Notes under the pieces: generated by a model
Seen by the model: the letters and a program-made list of their open reading frames with translations, nothing else
The model's database searches: none
Told to the model about the DNA's origin: nothing
Made by a program: the position numbers and the translations under genes
Source of the DNA: Macrostomum lignano
Lineage: Eukaryota
Reading direction: 5' to 3'
NCBI GenBank assembly: GCA_002269645.1
Contig: NIVC01001302.1
Span: forward strand, 1-64,000
Length of the DNA stretch: 64,000 nt
Shown here: positions 61,251 to 64,000 of the stretch, piece by piece
Position numbering within the stretch: the stretch's first letter is position 1
Layout of the letters: the number at the start of each line of letters is the position of its first letter

Positions 61251-61964
61251 GCACGCCTGCCAATGGCAAATGCTGCGCCAGTGCAGACTTAAGCCAACAA
61301 AAGCAGCATTTTTGCAGAAAGTCCAGTTTCTCTCAATTAAGAGTCTCTCTTACTGAGACATTGCACTTTTTAGCGGCCGTTAGAACTATGCTGTTTTTGC
61401 GCGGAGACCCCCCAGCCCCTGCGCTCTCAGTCTTTCTGAGCTTGGACACTGTGAAATATTGCTGCGGACCAACTCAGCAGCATACAAGGCACTGCTCAGC
61501 AAAATTCGCTGCCAAATATGACTCAATTCTGTTCTGGCTCTCCGCTCCTCCGCTCCCTCTCTGCCTGCCTGGTCTGTCTAGACACTACAGACTGCATAAG
61601 CACTGCAGAGAGGGTCTGAATGGGGGTTGTCACGAGTGGCCCACCAATGCTCAAGCTTTATGGATATGCATGGATAGAGTTGATAAAATTGTTTCTATGC
61701 CAGACTGTTGGTGGATTGTCCACGCTTTTGCATGGCGATCAGTTGTTTGCACATTTGCTCAAAACACAGCACTGCTGGGGGAGAGAAGAGGCCGTGAAGG
61801 ATATTTGGAAGGGCATGTTCAGAAACTGTTTCCCTGCTGCGGTCATTGTGTTCTTGTTTAATTTTTCAAAGTTTTCTGTATATTTCAAAAGTTGCACTAA
61901 ATATCTATCAATGCTTCTTAGGCAGTTAAAGTCGTTCAGTAGTCACGTTTAAATCCAGACAACT

Positions 61965-62805
61965 GTCTACAGTTTACAGACTGTAGTCTATGGTTTACAG
62001 ATAACAGTCTACAGTGTACAGACTGTAGTCTATGGCTTACAGATAACAGTCTACAGTGTACAGACTGTAGTCTATGGTTTACAGATAACAGTCTACAGTG
62101 TACAGACTGTAGTCTATGGTTTACAGACTGTAGTCTATGGTTTACAGATAACAGTCTACAGTTTACAGACTGTAGTCTATGGCTTACAGATAACAGTCTA
62201 CAGTTTACAGACTGTGGTCTATGGCTTACAGATAACAGTCTACAGTTTACAGACTGTGGTCTATGGCTTACAGATAACAGTCTACAGTTTACAGACTGTA
62301 GTCTATGGCTTACAGATAACAGTCTACAGTTTACAGACTGTAGTCTATGGCTTACAGATAACAGTCTACAGTTTACAGACTGTAGTCTATGGCTTACAGA
62401 TAACAGTCTACAGTTTACAGACTGTGGTCTATGGCTTACAGATAACAGTCTACAGTTTACAGACTGTGGTCTATGGCTTACAGATAACAGTCTACAGTTT
62501 ACAGACTGTAGTCTATGGTTTACAGATAACAGTCTACAGTTTACAGACTGTAGTCTATGGCTTACAGATAACAGTCTACAGTTTACAGACTGTGGTCTAT
62601 GGCTTACAGATAACAGTCTACAGTTTACAGACTGTGGTCTATGGCTTACAGATAACAGTCTACAGTTTACAGACTGTGGTCTATGGCTTACAGATAACAG
62701 TCTACAGTTTACAGACTGTAGTCTATGGCTTACAGATAACAGTCTACAGTTTACAGACTGTGGTCTATGGTTTACAGATAACAGTCTACAGTTTACAGAC
62801 TATAA
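61965..62805. repeat. 42-bp minisatellite (ACAGACTGTAGTCTATGGCTTACAGATAACAGTCTACAGTTT)n
   Basis: About 20 copies. Confidence 0.96.
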
Positions 62806-63354
62806 TTTACAGTTTATAGATTACAGACTATAGTAGAAAATTTACAGACTAAAAACTACAGACTACAGTCTACAAACAACAAACTACAGTCCACAGACTA
62901 CACGTCACTACAGGCTAGGATTGCTTCATTTGTTACTAGTCTATATTTCGCATCCGAAGTGGCAGGTTTAAGTTGGCCGCACTTGCTAGGTCAGCCTTCT
63001 GATACAAATTGGTACCAGCTTGATAATAATTTTGCTTTTTTACTTATGCTTATTCTACAGTGTAGGGTGCAGACTTAACTTTAGCTAGCAGATAATATTG
63101 TGGTAAATATTGAAATGGCTCGACAGTCAGAAGCTTATCATCTGGACGCGATCTTTGTCACTAAAAATGCTCTTAAAGCCAGTCGCTTCGTCTCCGCTAG
63201 AGTGTAGGCTGCGGTATCGACCAGCGAAATGCCACGAGCCCTGCGTGCCAGCCATGCTTGCTAAATGCTGTTTCACTGCTGCACCGTTTAATAAATTGCT
63301 TCAAATATGCTGTCTATGCCGACATTTGCATTTGGATATGCTGCTGGCTCTGGG

Positions 63355-63950
<596 letters not shown>

Positions 63951-64000
63951 CCATTGTCTATTTGATGTCTGTTTCAGTGCTATTATTTGCCTGTCTGTAT

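Overview
Eukaryotic (animal) genomic DNA with spliceosomal genes whose introns and spacers are filled by about 37 different tandem arrays (about 29 kb, about 45% of the window by my rough tally). The style suggests a flatworm such as Macrostomum, but that is inference only. Gene models built by hand from splice sites: CEP120 lacking room for C2B/C2C (-, 14534-20809); glycogen phosphorylase, head-to-head with CEP120 (+, 21435-33762); DHX33 (+, 36412-45986); a Tau/MAP2/MAP4-family gene with about 5.5 repeats whose repeat exons are all missed by the ORF track (-, 47973-52574); an unidentified multi-exon gene (+, 9518-13880); and an intronless orphan ORF with a TATA box (+, 1098-1709). Mobile DNA: a complete-ended, internally deleted P-superfamily transposon (2583-4945, about 116-bp TIRs, 8-bp TSD) that still encodes an open spliced THAP protein, and a degenerate BEL/Pao integrase fragment in phosphorylase intron 1. 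Most long ORFs in the track are translations of stop-free minisatellites. No rRNA, tRNA or CRISPR array is supported.
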